64,000 bases of DNA. It comes from Spirochaetia bacterium. Its GTDB lineage: Bacteria; Spirochaetota; Spirochaetia; SZUA-6; Bin103. Of the stretch, positions 9,411-19,404 are shown piece after piece. The position numbers were made by a program, and so were the translations under genes. Where the stretch lies: contig CBDATQ010000002.1 in the NCBI GenBank assembly GCA_965199955.1, positions 658,867 to 722,866 of the forward strand, in the 5' to 3' direction. Each line of letters begins with the position of its first letter. The stretch's first letter is position 1. The notes beneath the pieces are model-generated. The model saw only the letters and a list, made by a program, of their open reading frames with translations, was not told where the DNA came from and searched no databases.

Positions 9411-10010
9411 ATCAGCCCGGGCGCCCAGTCGAGCGCGGCGAGCTTGTGGCCTCGTAACGCAGCTCGTGACACCACACCCGTCTCTCACGCGGCGCGCCAC
9501 GTAGTCGATGCCCGAGGACTCCAGGCCGCTGAGCGTCGCGCCGTCGGCGAAGCCGGCGTCGATGCGCAGCAGCACCGACTCGCACACCCGGCGCACGCGC
9601 TTGGTCACCGCCTGGATGAACTCAAGCGCCCCGTCGGCCGACCCCACCGCGCCGGGCCGCAGCGTGCCGGCTGCTCTCGGAGCAACTGGCGATGAGCGCA
9701 TGAAACATCCGCTGCCCGCAGTACCCGTTGTACTCGCTGCCGGCCTGCTGACCGTGGACGTGCGCCGGCAGGCCGTCCACGTCGACGATCAACCGCTTGT
9801 ACCGCCGGCCCTGATTGCTCATCTCCAGCCGGCGCAGCGCCTGTTCGATGACCGCTTCGCGCAGCACCTCCTGATGTGCGCTCAACACGTCCCGCAGCCG
9901 TGACAGCGTCGGCTGCGAGGGCAGCACGTTGTCCTGCTCCAGGGCCGCGTGCCGCGGCGGCTGTTGTTGGTCACCCGAAGGCTCGGGTCCGACGAGCCCG
10001 CCTACCCGGG
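9411..10010 (-). mobile_element. IS1380-family transposase remnant (frameshifted, internally deleted)
   Basis: LPSQPTLSRL, LIVDVDG, VHGQQAGSEYNGY, LRPGAVGSADGA, LLRIDAGF, GIDYVAR spread over several frames; ends not identified. Confidence 0.82.
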
Positions 10011-10327
10011 CCTGCCCATGCACGCGGCGGAGCAGACGAAGCGGCGTGTTCGACGGCGAAACTGTGCCGGCCAGCGATACGGTGGTGAGGCTGTCGAGCC
10101 GCACACCGACCGACATCATCCGCAAGGGGTGAGTGCCAGAGGCTACGGATACAGGATCAACCTGAGCGCCGGGCGCAGTGCGCTGGTGCTCGGTGCTCGA
10201 TGTGTTGGTCGAAGTGGTCGGAGAGGCAACCCTGCCGATCGTGAACGCTGCCTGCCGATGCTGCGAGGGCAGTGGAGACTGGTGAGCCGCCGCAGCCGGT
10301 GGCGTTCGATCGCGGCTGGCGCCTTCC

Positions 10328-10373
10328 ATTTCTCCGTAGCCGGGCTCCCCATTTCTCCATAGCCGGGCTCCCC
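10328..10373. repeat. 23-bp tandem duplication (one mismatch)
   Basis: atttctccGtagccgggctcccc followed by atttctccAtagccgggctcccc. Confidence 0.85.
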
Positions 10374-10537
10374 TTTCCCGCACCTCAGGCATTGAGTAGC
10401 GCAACATCAGTGCATTGCTGATGTCTTTGGCCCTCAGACGTGCCGTCATTGGAAGCACAGACGAGGAGGAGCGATGCTCCGCTCCCTTTCTGGACATGCG
10501 AACTGCCACTACGTAATGGCAAACTAAGGAGACTTGC

Positions 10538-10815
10538 GTGAATCGAACAATTGCACTGATGGTCACTGCGGCGCTGCTGGTTGGTGCCGTTGACGTGGCT
10601 ACTGCACAAGAACAGCCGCTTCAAACCAGCTTGATTGGCATAGATGGTACCGTGCCTGATCTGGCGGAGATCCTCGGCATTGGCGTTCATATTTCATGTC
10701 TACGCAGGAAGTATTCGAGCGATCTCTGCGCCACATGGCTGAGTCATTGGCCGAAAGAATGGGTGTAGAGAACGTTGCGTATTTCCTGTGCGTGGCCTCC
10801 AAGAGGACCCTATAG
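10538..10815 (+). pseudogene. Small exported protein, probably frameshifted near 10690
   Basis: TAAGGAGA RBS, signal peptide MNRTIALMVTAALLVGAVDVATA-QE; a second frame reads MSTQEVFERSLRHMAESLAERMGVENVAYFLC to a TAG at 10815; lower GC. Confidence 0.4.
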
Positions 10816-10889
10816 CGCAATTCCCTCGGCACCTACGACAACTTGCCCGGAGCGAAGACCTGTCGGCTAACGTCAAGCGGTGATGGATG

Positions 10890-11759
10890 TTACGCAGTAG
10901 GACGGCGCGGTGGAATCGGTTCCAGGATCGATCGCCGTTCCGGGGTCAGGCGGCGCAGCAGCGCGGCCGAGAGTTCGTAGTTGAAGCGGGTGCGCACGAA
11001 TCGCGGCGAGTACCGGTACAGCACGGTGCGGCGGTGGCCGGCATTGGTACGCCGCGCCGAGCCGTGGGTGACCGCGTCGGTGAACAGCAGGGCGTCGCCG
11101 GCCTCCAGGTAGACCTCCTGCATGCCGAGCGCGGTGCCGGCCGCCTCCCGTTCGTGGCTGGCGGCGGCTATGGGGGCGCCGTCGACTGCCAGCCGGGGAT
11201 GGACCTCGGTGACCTTGTGACTGCCCGGAACCAGCACCGTGGGACCGTCGCCGGGGCCGATGTCGTGCAGCGCCATCATCACGTTGATCTGACCGACCAT
11301 CCACTCGCCGGTGTTGCGCTGGCGAAAGGTCATGTAGCTGATGGGCATGTGCCCGCCGGAGTGGATGTAGAGGAAGCCGCCCGAGCCGCGCACGTTGAGC
11401 AGGTTCTCGTGGATGGAGAGTCTGTTGATGGGATTGATGAAGCGCGTGACCAGGGGCAGCCACGCCGGGTGGTCGATGAGCCGTTCGAACACCGCGCCGC
11501 CTTCCACGATGTTCTGAAAGTTGACGCCGTCGTCCGGCCCGTAGCTGTGCAGCTCGACGTGGCCGATCCAGCAGTCAGGCCGCACCTGTTCGCCAACCTC
11601 GGCGGCCTCCACCGGGAGGTTCTCCACGTAGGACCAGTGATCGTCCACCCAGCGATTCATCTCCGCGAGATCGTCGCGGCCGATCGCACCCTTGAGGACC
11701 AGGTAGCCTCGGAGGTCGAACAGGTAGTCCAGGTTCTTGTCACTCGTGCCGGCGTCCAT
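10890..11759 (-). CDS. PhyH-family dioxygenase
   Basis: YLFDLRGYLVL, IHSGG, DIGPGDGPTVLVPGSHK, AGDALLFTDAVTHG, RRTVLYRY. Confidence 0.87.
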   Translation of the reverse strand: MDAGTSDKNLDYLFDLRGYLVLKGAIGRDDLAEMNRWVDDHWSYVENLPVEAAEVGEQVRPDCWIGHVELHSYGPDDGVNFQNIVEGGAVFERLIDHPAWLPLVTRFINPINRLSIHENLLNVRGSGGFLYIHSGGHMPISYMTFRQRNTGEWMVGQINVMMALHDIGPGDGPTVLVPGSHKVTEVHPRLAVDGAPIAAASHEREAAGTALGMQEVYLEAGDALLFTDAVTHGSARRTNAGHRRTVLYRYSPRFVRTRFNYELSAALLRRLTPERRSILEPIPPRRPTA

Positions 11760-11886
11760 GTTGGCTGTGCCCCTCGCTTCGGAACCCCGACTCTATCCGC
11801 AAACCTCCCTGCGTGGCGCGTCTTCACACGCGGATCCGGGGAGATCCGAACCATGATTGCGGTGACTCAGGTGGTATGGTTGGGCC

Positions 11887-12909
11887 ATGCGGCCCGATGG
11901 GAGCGCAGCCAAGCGGATCGACGCCACGCGCCGGCAGGCGGCGGAGGCGGTCTGCGACCGCGTGATCGGTCGCGTACGCGACTGGCGCTACGTGCCGCCG
12001 GAAGCCCTCTGGGCCGAGAGCACCGCCTACCGGGCAGAGCTGGCCGCCACTCTGGCGATCGCCGGCCACCTGCTGGGCCGGCAGCGCTGCATGGACGTGG
12101 CGGAGGCGATGCTGGAGCGGATCCTGGCCGAGCGGGTCGACGGCGCGCTGTGGTCGGTGGGACGGTGGTGCCAGTTTCCCGTCTATAGCGGACTGCCCAT
12201 CGACTGGCGCGACGAGCTGACCCGGCCCGACACCACCAACCCGATCGTCCTGTATTGCCTGGGCGTGTACCATCGCATCACCGGCGACCGCCGGTTCGCC
12301 GCCAGCGTGCGCACGTCGTTCGATCGCATGCAGGCCGGCGCCTGGTTCGGGGATCCTGCCGCCCTGCACCACATGACCCCGGAGTGGGTCGCGCTGGCCA
12401 GCTTCCTGTGGCGTGAGGAGTTCCCGGAGTACTGGCAGGCGGCGCGACCGATCGTCGACTGGGTTCGCGCCGGGCTGGTGCCGGGGGCGGCGCTCGACTT
12501 CCCGTTCGTGACCGCCGTCCGCATGCACCTGCTGCTGGCCACCACCGGAACGGAACATCTGCGCGGGACGATCGGCCCGGCGATCGACGCCTTCCTGGCC
12601 GACGAGTCGTGGCGGTACGAGCACGAGCGCCGGGACGTCCGCCACATCAAGGAGCTGGGAGAGCACGTGGACATCCGCGCCAACGGGGCGCTGGCGGTGG
12701 CGATGCGGATGTTCGATCTGGCCGCGGGCGAAGAGGTCTATACCGGTACCGACCACTACCGGTATCTGGCGGGATGGATGGACGCGATGCGCGACCCCGA
12801 CGGCTCCTGCTACGGCTGCCGCGACGTCGGCACGGGCCGGCGGTTCTGCCTGGGCTCGCCGCCGCACTACATCCAGCTCTGGTGGATCCTGGGCGGCTTC
12901 CACGTGTGA
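11887..12909 (+). CDS. Hypothetical protein, possibly a helical alpha/alpha barrel
   Basis: 340-aa ORF with host-like codon usage and a Trp/Tyr-rich helical pattern; no motif recognised. Confidence 0.6.
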   Translation: MRPDGSAAKRIDATRRQAAEAVCDRVIGRVRDWRYVPPEALWAESTAYRAELAATLAIAGHLLGRQRCMDVAEAMLERILAERVDGALWSVGRWCQFPVYSGLPIDWRDELTRPDTTNPIVLYCLGVYHRITGDRRFAASVRTSFDRMQAGAWFGDPAALHHMTPEWVALASFLWREEFPEYWQAARPIVDWVRAGLVPGAALDFPFVTAVRMHLLLATTGTEHLRGTIGPAIDAFLADESWRYEHERRDVRHIKELGEHVDIRANGALAVAMRMFDLAAGEEVYTGTDHYRYLAGWMDAMRDPDGSCYGCRDVGTGRRFCLGSPPHYIQLWWILGGFHV

Positions 12910-12954
12910 CCGCGTGACCGAACGGACCATCGGACTGCCGGCGCGCGGCGCCGA

Positions 12955-13337
12955 CGTCGTCGTGGACGGCTGCCACATCCACGGGGAGGGCTCCCACGTA
13001 GAAGCTGTAGTAGGTGTCGCTGCCGGGGGAGCCGCGCCAGTCGGGGAGAGACGGATCGGCCTGGTTGCCGGTCTGCGCGAACGGACGCGGCACGTGGCCC
13101 CAGCGCGCGTAGTCTCGCCTCCGGCCGGAACTTGACGTCGCAGTAGGCGTCGAAGCCGTGCTCGGCCGGCACCAGGTGGTTCTTGCCGCCCCACCAGACG
13201 TGGTAGCCGGCCCGCTTGAGCAGCGTGAGGGCGTACGGCTCGCCGTGATGGGCGCGCAGCAGGTGGCCGACCACGTCGCCCCGCCACTGGTCGGGGTTGA
13301 AGATGACGATGTGGGGAGGACGCCTACCGGGTGCCAC
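12955..13337 (-). pseudogene. Sulfatase remnant (catalytic CxPxR segment deleted, truncated)
   Basis: PHIVIFNPDQWRGDVVGH joins directly to LLRAHHGEP..AGYHVWWGGKNHL; then frameshifts and ends. Confidence 0.75.
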
Positions 13338-13390
13338 CGCTCACACCAGACACCGGGAGGCCGAGAACCGCTCGATCGGGCACCGTGGCC

Positions 13391-14551
13391 TCAGGCCCGA
13401 CGGGCGGCGCGTTCCAGGCCGAACAGACGGGCGGCGTTGCCGCCCAGGATCGACGCCTTCTCTTCGTCGGACAGGAAGTCGCAGTGCACGCGGATGAAGT
13501 CCAGCGACTGCCGGTACGTGCACCACTGCGTCATCCCGTACGGGCTGTCCGAGCCCCAGAGCAGCGACTCGGCGCCGGCGCGGTCGAGGAGTTCGCGCAG
13601 CAGCTTCTGGCCTTCCGGGTACGGGTAGTCCGGCCACTTGGCCGGCATCAGCAGCTCCGCGTGTACCTGCGGCCGGTCGAGCACGCGCAGCAGCTCCTCC
13701 GGCACGCGGATCTGGTGGATGATCGCGGCCGGCACCAGGCCGTGGGTGATCACGCACGGCACCTCCGGATGGCGCCGCGTCCACTCGTCCAGCTCGGCGA
13801 CCCGCCGCATGAACAGGCCCACGCGGTCGAGCGCGCGGTCGTCCAGGAACCAGAACACCGGCAGCCCGCGCTCCTCGACCAGCCGCCAGAGGGCGTCAAA
13901 GGTGGGATCGTTGAGCGAGCGATCGACCTGCATCACCGACAGCGGTTCGACGCTGAAGTACAGGCCGCGCATGCCCAGATCGTCGAAGCCGGCTCGCAAC
14001 CGCGCCAGCCGGCCGGGGTCGTCGGCCGCAGGCTCCCAGATCTGAGCCAGTGCGACGAAACGGCCCGGGTACCGCACGGACGCCTCGGCGTAGTACTCGT
14101 TGAGGTCGCCGTAGACGTGGTCGGACTGCAGGACGCCGACGTCGACGCCCGCCAGGTCCATCTCGCCCACCATCCGCTCGGGGGTCGCCTCGTTGTTGGC
14201 GAGGCTCGGCGGGTAGATCTGCATGCGATAGCTGACCCCGGCGACGCTGATCTCCGCCTGTCCGTGGTCGGTCAGGTGAAAGCCCACGTCCGGCATGTCG
14301 GCGATGGAGGGGGAGCCGAACTCCAGCAGCGGGTCGGTGACGTGCTCGCCGGTGTCCATGCGCCAGAAGTCGACCCACTCGCGCGAGTGGTACTGCCAGA
14401 ACTTCAGCCGCAGCTCGGGCGGGATTCCCTGCGGCTGCGATCCGAGCCGCGGGAAGATATGGTAGTGCGCGTCGATGACCGGCGTGTCGCCGGCGGCGCC
14501 CGGCAACACCCAGCCGCCGCCCGTCCAGCGCGGCGCCGTCTCTTCGCTCAT
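13391..14551 (-). CDS. Amidohydrolase family protein (Amidohydro_2)
   Basis: VIDAHYH, EMDLAGVD, YPGRF, LLWGSDSPY, ILGGNAARLF; ATGA overlap with the upstream epimerase. Confidence 0.88.
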   Translation of the reverse strand: MSEETAPRWTGGGWVLPGAAGDTPVIDAHYHIFPRLGSQPQGIPPELRLKFWQYHSREWVDFWRMDTGEHVTDPLLEFGSPSIADMPDVGFHLTDHGQAEISVAGVSYRMQIYPPSLANNEATPERMVGEMDLAGVDVGVLQSDHVYGDLNEYYAEASVRYPGRFVALAQIWEPAADDPGRLARLRAGFDDLGMRGLYFSVEPLSVMQVDRSLNDPTFDALWRLVEERGLPVFWFLDDRALDRVGLFMRRVAELDEWTRRHPEVPCVITHGLVPAAIIHQIRVPEELLRVLDRPQVHAELLMPAKWPDYPYPEGQKLLRELLDRAGAESLLWGSDSPYGMTQWCTYRQSLDFIRVHCDFLSDEEKASILGGNAARLFGLERAARRA

Positions 14552-15519
14552 GCGTTCAGTTCCTCCGGTTGCGCCTGAAGCCAGGCGTCGAAGTCGCTGC
14601 CGCGCCACCCCGAGCGCGGCCGGTAGCCCAGCAGCTCGACCGCCTTGGCGGAGCTGAACGGCGAGTCGAACCCGGTCAGCGGCGCGCGCCGCTCGACGTC
14701 CGGGAAGTGCCGGTCCAGCAGCTCCGGCGTCGGGATCGGGCTGCAGGTGTCGGAGCCGGCGATCAGGAACACCTCGTGCCGGAGACCGGTGGCGGCCAGC
14801 GCCAGCCCGAAGGCGCCCGCGGCGTCGCGCAGGTCGGTCACCGCCCACAGCAGGTTGCGCGGCGGCGGCGGTCCGGGCATCGGCCACGCGCAGTCCGGCT
14901 CGTGGATCGCGCGCCGGTAGCGCTCGCGCCAGAGGCGCTCGCGAGTCATGCCGGCGCGGCCGGCCCATCCGCAACGCACAGCGACGTCGGCCCCGGCGGT
15001 GTCCACGCACCAGTTGTGGTTGATCCGCAGGCAGATCGTGGGCAGGCCGTGGCGGTCCGTGTAGCGCTTGCAAGCGGCCTCGGCCAGCAGCTTGCTGAGC
15101 CCGTACTCATCCTGCGGCGCGTCCGGGTGTGCCTCGTCGATCGGCAGGTAGCGCGGCACGATGTCGTGGGTCTGGAAGGAGAAGCCGGTGGCCGCGGCGG
15201 AGGAGGCGAGGACCACCCGCCCGACCCCGCAGGCGACGGCCGCCTCCAGCACGTTGACGGTGCCGATGACGTTGAGCGTGAGCAACTCGGCCGGAGCGGC
15301 TCTGCCGGGACCGGGCACCGCGGCCAAGTGGATGATCGCGTCCTGACCGGTAGAGGCGTGCCGCAGGCCGTCGGCATCCATCAGGTCGCCGCCGTTCCAC
15401 GCATCCCAGGGTTCGGCGGGCGCCGTGCGGCTGAAGCAGGTCAGCCTATGCGCCGGCGCGAGGGCGCGGCGCAGGTAGCTGCCGACGATGCCGCTGCCGC
15501 CGGTGACGAGCACGCGCAT
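14548..15519 (-). CDS. NAD-dependent epimerase/dehydratase (extended SDR)
   Basis: MRVLVTGGSGIVG, IIHLAA, NVIGTVNVLEAA, YGLSK. Confidence 0.9.
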   Translation of the reverse strand: MRVLVTGGSGIVGSYLRRALAPAHRLTCFSRTAPAEPWDAWNGGDLMDADGLRHASTGQDAIIHLAAVPGPGRAAPAELLTLNVIGTVNVLEAAVACGVGRVVLASSAAATGFSFQTHDIVPRYLPIDEAHPDAPQDEYGLSKLLAEAACKRYTDRHGLPTICLRINHNWCVDTAGADVAVRCGWAGRAGMTRERLWRERYRRAIHEPDCAWPMPGPPPPRNLLWAVTDLRDAAGAFGLALAATGLRHEVFLIAGSDTCSPIPTPELLDRHFPDVERRAPLTGFDSPFSSAKAVELLGYRPRSGWRGSDFDAWLQAQPEELNA

Positions 15520-15627
15520 GCGGTAGCGTAGCGCCGCGGTGCCGCCGACGCGACCGCGCACCCGGCATGATCGCCCACTTCGCTACGGTCAGGGCACTGG
15601 CGAAGGTGCAGGCGGCGCTGCACGGGA

Positions 15628-15780
15628 TCACCGTTCGCCGAGGCTTCTCCGGAGAACTCCCAGGTCTTGCCGCAGATCCTCGATGTCGTACTGGGCCGAC
15701 ACTCTTCTGGACCGGGCGTGGTCCAACTCGCGGACCAGCTCCAGTGGGATCCGGGTGCCTACCATCTGTTCCTTCTTCAC
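15628..15780 (-). pseudogene. Internally deleted UPF0175-like antitoxin remnant
   Basis: GGAGG RBS and GTG start; KKEQMVGTRIPLELVRELD (RHH-like N-terminus) fused to VSAQYDIEDLRQDL (UPF0175-like C-terminus). Confidence 0.5.
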
Positions 15781-15882
15781 TTGCTCTCCTCCCGGGCGAT
15801 TCTCAGCACTTCGACGACGGCCGGGGAAAGCCACAGGACATCGGCGAGATCGCTGAGAGCTGCCTCCAACTCGCCAAGAAAG

Positions 15883-17094
15883 TCACTCGCGCCAGGCGTC
15901 CGCCGCCACCTGCAGGCAGGCGATGGCGTGGCGCCGGCTCTGCTCCAGAGGGAACTTGTCGTGCTGCTTGACCATGCAGGAGATGGCGTTCAGCCGGATC
16001 ACCGCCTGGAAGCCCAGGGAGGCCTGATACAGCCCCTCTTCGTGACCGGTCCAGTTGCCGTGATGGGTGTCGGGCAGCGCCAGCAATTGCTCGTCGATGT
16101 CGAGCCAGATGTCCCGCAGTGCGTCGTCCGCCAGGCACTCCGGGCGGTAGCGCAGCAGCATGTGGCCCGGGCGCCGCTTCCAGTGGTTGGAGTGCCACTC
16201 CCAGAACAGCCACGGGCGCTTTTCCTCCAGGTAGCGCCAGACGTTGTTGACTTCCGGGGTGGACTCCGGGAGGTGCTCGGCGCCCTGTATGCCCTCCAGG
16301 TACGGGAACCGCCCCTGGGAGTCGCTGACGCCGTAGCCGAGCACGGTTCCGTCCGGGTTGGTCATCGGGATGAAGCAGACGTGGAAACGCTGCACGATGG
16401 CGTCCGCCGCGGCACTGCCCGTTCCCAGGAAGTCGATCAGCGCCCGGCAGGCCAGGCTGCCCATCTCGGAAGGCTGCGGCGTCTGCGTGTGCACCATGGT
16501 GGGATTGCCGGGATCGCCGAACTCGACGGCGTACACCGCGCGGCCCTGGAAGCTGCTGCCGATCCGCCGCACCGTGCCGGACTCGACCGTCTGCAGCCAG
16601 TCCAGCATCTCGGTGTAGGGCCACCAGTGGTAGTTGCTGAGGAAGATCGTGCCGTCCCGCTCCGCGCCGCCCGGCGGCAGCGTCAGGTCCAGGTCCAGGG
16701 AGTCGGGCAACTCCGGCACGCGGTGGATGTCGCCGGCCGGGATCTCGCTCCATACGCCTGTGTGCCGCACCTGGAAGCTGGCCGACTGCTCTCCCCAGGT
16801 GCCCTCGAACGGGGCGTTCAGGCGCAGCCGCACGCGGCGCCCGCGCGGCAGCTCGTTGCGCACGCCCACGCACACGTAGTAGCCTAGGCCGCCGAAGCGG
16901 TGTTTGCCCGGCTCCTCCTCCAGGTCCGCCGCGTAGTGGCCGGGCGCCAGCGCCCGGAAGTTGCAGCCGTTGGCGCCCTCGAAGTCGGAGGCCAGCAGCA
17001 CCTCGGTGTCGGCGAACACGTCGCCCCGGCCGCCGCGCGTCCCGCGCTCCCATCGCGGATCGTAGTCCGCCAGCCCTCGCTCAGTCTCAGCCAT
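15883..17094 (-). CDS. M14-family zinc carboxypeptidase-like protein
   Basis: SDFEGAN N-domain, YPY-like WPYTE, IGSSFQGRAV, FIPMTNPDG, PEV, EWHS; GAGGAGG RBS. Confidence 0.75.
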   Translation of the reverse strand: MAETERGLADYDPRWERGTRGGRGDVFADTEVLLASDFEGANGCNFRALAPGHYAADLEEEPGKHRFGGLGYYVCVGVRNELPRGRRVRLRLNAPFEGTWGEQSASFQVRHTGVWSEIPAGDIHRVPELPDSLDLDLTLPPGGAERDGTIFLSNYHWWPYTEMLDWLQTVESGTVRRIGSSFQGRAVYAVEFGDPGNPTMVHTQTPQPSEMGSLACRALIDFLGTGSAAADAIVQRFHVCFIPMTNPDGTVLGYGVSDSQGRFPYLEGIQGAEHLPESTPEVNNVWRYLEEKRPWLFWEWHSNHWKRRPGHMLLRYRPECLADDALRDIWLDIDEQLLALPDTHHGNWTGHEEGLYQASLGFQAVIRLNAISCMVKQHDKFPLEQSRRHAIACLQVAADAWRE

Positions 17095-17112
17095 GCCGTC
17101 CTCCTCCTTCTC

Positions 17113-17292
17113 TCAGCCGGCCGCGCCCGCGACCGCGCTGTCCAGCCACCCCTCCAGGGTGAATCGCGCCGTGCCCACCTCGCCCGGGTCCAGGCAGCGC
17201 CGGTGCTCTGCCGGTAACGGCCGCACCTGCAGATCCGGCAAGCGCAGGCCGCGGAAGTGAAGCGGGGTTCCGTATGCGCAGTGCTTCCTCAC
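17113..17292 (-). CDS. 59-aa ORF translationally coupled to the permease; possibly a gene remnant
   Basis: GTGA overlap with the upstream stop; ends just before the next RBS; no motif recognised. Confidence 0.3.
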   Translation of the reverse strand: MRKHCAYGTPLHFRGLRLPDLQVRPLPAEHRRCLDPGEVGTARFTLEGWLDSAVAGAAG

Positions 17293-18419
17293 GCGTACGG
17301 ATCGGCTGCGTCGCGCAGGCCGTCGCCGACGAAGTTGAACGCCAGTACCGCGATGATCACGAAGAACGCCGGGATCAGCAGCCACGGATTGAGGCCCACG
17401 GCGTTGATGTTCTGGGCCTCGTGCAGCAGTACGCCCCAACTGGTCACCGGCGGCCGCAACCCGATACCCAGGAAGCTCAGCGCGGTCTCCGCCAGCACCA
17501 TGTGCGGGATGCTCAACGTGATGGTGACGATGATGTGACTCATGAACGACGGCAACAGGTGGCGGCCGATGATAGCCGCCTCCGAGGCGCCGGCGACCAC
17601 CGCGGCCGTCACGAAATCCTCCTCGCGCAGCGACAGGAGCTTGCCGCGCACCACCCGCGCCAGGCCGGTCCAGCCCAGCACCGACAGGATGATGGTGACC
17701 GCGAAGTACACCTGCAACGGCGGCCACTCGGCCGGGACCGCGGCGCTCAGCGCCATCCACAGCGGTATGGACGGGAACGAGCGCAGCAGCTCGATGGCAC
17801 GCTGGATGATCGTGTCGGTCGCGCCCCCGAGGTACCCGGAGACCCCGCCCAGGATCAGCCCGATGATCAGGCTCAGAGCCACGCCGATCAGGCCGATCGA
17901 CAGCGAGATCCGGGCGCCGTAGACGATGCGGGAGAACAGGTCGCGGCCCAGCCGGTCGGTCCCGAACACGAAGAACGTCGCCTCGTCGGCGACGCCGAAC
18001 AGGTGCAGGTCGGTGTCGAACAGCCCCCAGAAGCGATAGCTCTCGCCGCGGGTGAACAGTTCGACCCGGTAGGGCGTCGTACGGTCCTCGGTATAGATCT
18101 TGCGCCGCGATTTGGGATCCACCTCCCGCGTCATCCGATACACGAACGGCGCCTGCAGACGCCCCTCGTGGACGACGTGAAGGCGCTGCGGCGGGGCATA
18201 GACGAACTCCACGCGCCGGGTGTTCAGGCCGTACGGAGCGACGAACTCGCACAGCGCGCCGAGGCAATAGAGGAGGGCCACCACGGCGGTGGCCGCCACC
18301 GCCACCCGATGGCGCCGGAAGCGCAGCCACATCAGCCGCCATTGCGACGCAAGGTAGAGACGCTCCTCGGCGGCGGTGTGCGCGGTCGCCGCCGGACCGA
18401 TGCGCGCCTCAGTCGCCAC
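17289..18419 (-). CDS. Peptide/oligosaccharide ABC transporter permease (OppC/DppC-like)
   Basis: GTDRLGRDLFSRIVYGARISL, LARVVRG, EEDFVTAA, ETALSFLGIG, FNFVGDGLRDAADP. Confidence 0.93.
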   Translation of the reverse strand: MATEARIGPAATAHTAAEERLYLASQWRLMWLRFRRHRVAVAATAVVALLYCLGALCEFVAPYGLNTRRVEFVYAPPQRLHVVHEGRLQAPFVYRMTREVDPKSRRKIYTEDRTTPYRVELFTRGESYRFWGLFDTDLHLFGVADEATFFVFGTDRLGRDLFSRIVYGARISLSIGLIGVALSLIIGLILGGVSGYLGGATDTIIQRAIELLRSFPSIPLWMALSAAVPAEWPPLQVYFAVTIILSVLGWTGLARVVRGKLLSLREEDFVTAAVVAGASEAAIIGRHLLPSFMSHIIVTITLSIPHMVLAETALSFLGIGLRPPVTSWGVLLHEAQNINAVGLNPWLLIPAFFVIIAVLAFNFVGDGLRDAADPYA

Positions 18420-19404
18420 GGCGGCCGAACCTGATGCGCGGGTCGATGACGGCGAGCAGGACGTCCGAGACCAGCGTGCCGATCACCGTCAGCGCGGCCA
18501 GGAACATGACGAAGGTGCCGGCCAGGTACATGTCCTGGCTGAGCAGGGCGCGCAGGAGCAGCGGCCCGGTGGTAGGCAGGCTCAATACCACGGCGGTGAT
18601 CTCCGCGCCCGAAATCAGCTCCGGCAACAGCCAGCCGACGCTGCTCACGATCGGGTTCAGGGCCAGGCGCACCGGATACTTGAACAGCAGTCGCGTCTCC
18701 GCCACGCCGCGCGACCGCGCGGTGATCACGTACTGCTTGCGCAGCTCGTCCAGCAGGTTGGCGCGCATCACGCGGATCAGTCCCGCCGTGCCCGCGGTCC
18801 CGACCACGATGATCGGGATCCACAGGTGGCTCACCAAGTCGAGCACGCGCGCGAAGCTCCACGGCGCATCGATGAACTCCATGGAGAACAGCCCGCCAAC
18901 GCTGATGTCGAAGTAGCGGTAGCCGATGTACATCAGGATCAGCGCGAGCAGGAAGTTGGGGATTGCCAGGCCGACGAACCCCAGGAACGTCACCGTGTAG
19001 TCACTCAGCGAGTACTGTGCGGTAGCGGAGTAGATGCCCACGGGGATGGCCACCACCCACGTGAACAGCAACGTCGACAGCGAGATCACGACCGTCAGCA
19101 GCAGGCGGTCGCCGATCAGCTCCCCCACCGGACGGCGCTGCTCGAAGGAGTGGCCGAAATCGCCATGCACGAACCCCGAAACCCATTTCAGATACTGGAC
19201 GTGGAACGGATCGTCCAGTCCGTACTGCGCCTTCAGCGCCTCCAGCGTGGCTGCGTCGACCAGGTCTCCGCTGGCTTCCAGGTTGGCGGCGTAGGTGTTC
19301 AGGTAGTCACCGGGCGGGAGCTGGATGATGACGAACGACACCACCGAGATGAGCAGCAGCGTCGGTACCATGAGCAGCAGTCTGTGGCCGATGAATCGTC
19401 CCAT
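18409..19404 (-). CDS. Peptide/oligosaccharide ABC transporter permease (OppB/DppB-like)
   Basis: QLPPGD, YGLDDP, GDFGHSF, QYVITARSRG, DPRIR. Confidence 0.93.
   Translation of the reverse strand: MGRFIGHRLLLMVPTLLLISVVSFVIIQLPPGDYLNTYAANLEASGDLVDAATLEALKAQYGLDDPFHVQYLKWVSGFVHGDFGHSFEQRRPVGELIGDRLLLTVVISLSTLLFTWVVAIPVGIYSATAQYSLSDYTVTFLGFVGLAIPNFLLALILMYIGYRYFDISVGGLFSMEFIDAPWSFARVLDLVSHLWIPIIVVGTAGTAGLIRVMRANLLDELRKQYVITARSRGVAETRLLFKYPVRLALNPIVSSVGWLLPELISGAEITAVVLSLPTTGPLLLRALLSQDMYLAGTFVMFLAALTVIGTLVSDVLLAVIDPRIRFGRRGD

Noticed and set aside
10328-10373. Mini CRISPR array
   Set aside because: The two 23-bp copies are directly adjacent with no spacer.
8874-11251. Template/variable repeat pair of a diversity-generating retroelement
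   Set aside because: Mismatches involve all bases and include indels rather than being adenine-specific; there is no reverse transcriptase in the window and the target is a PhyH enzyme.
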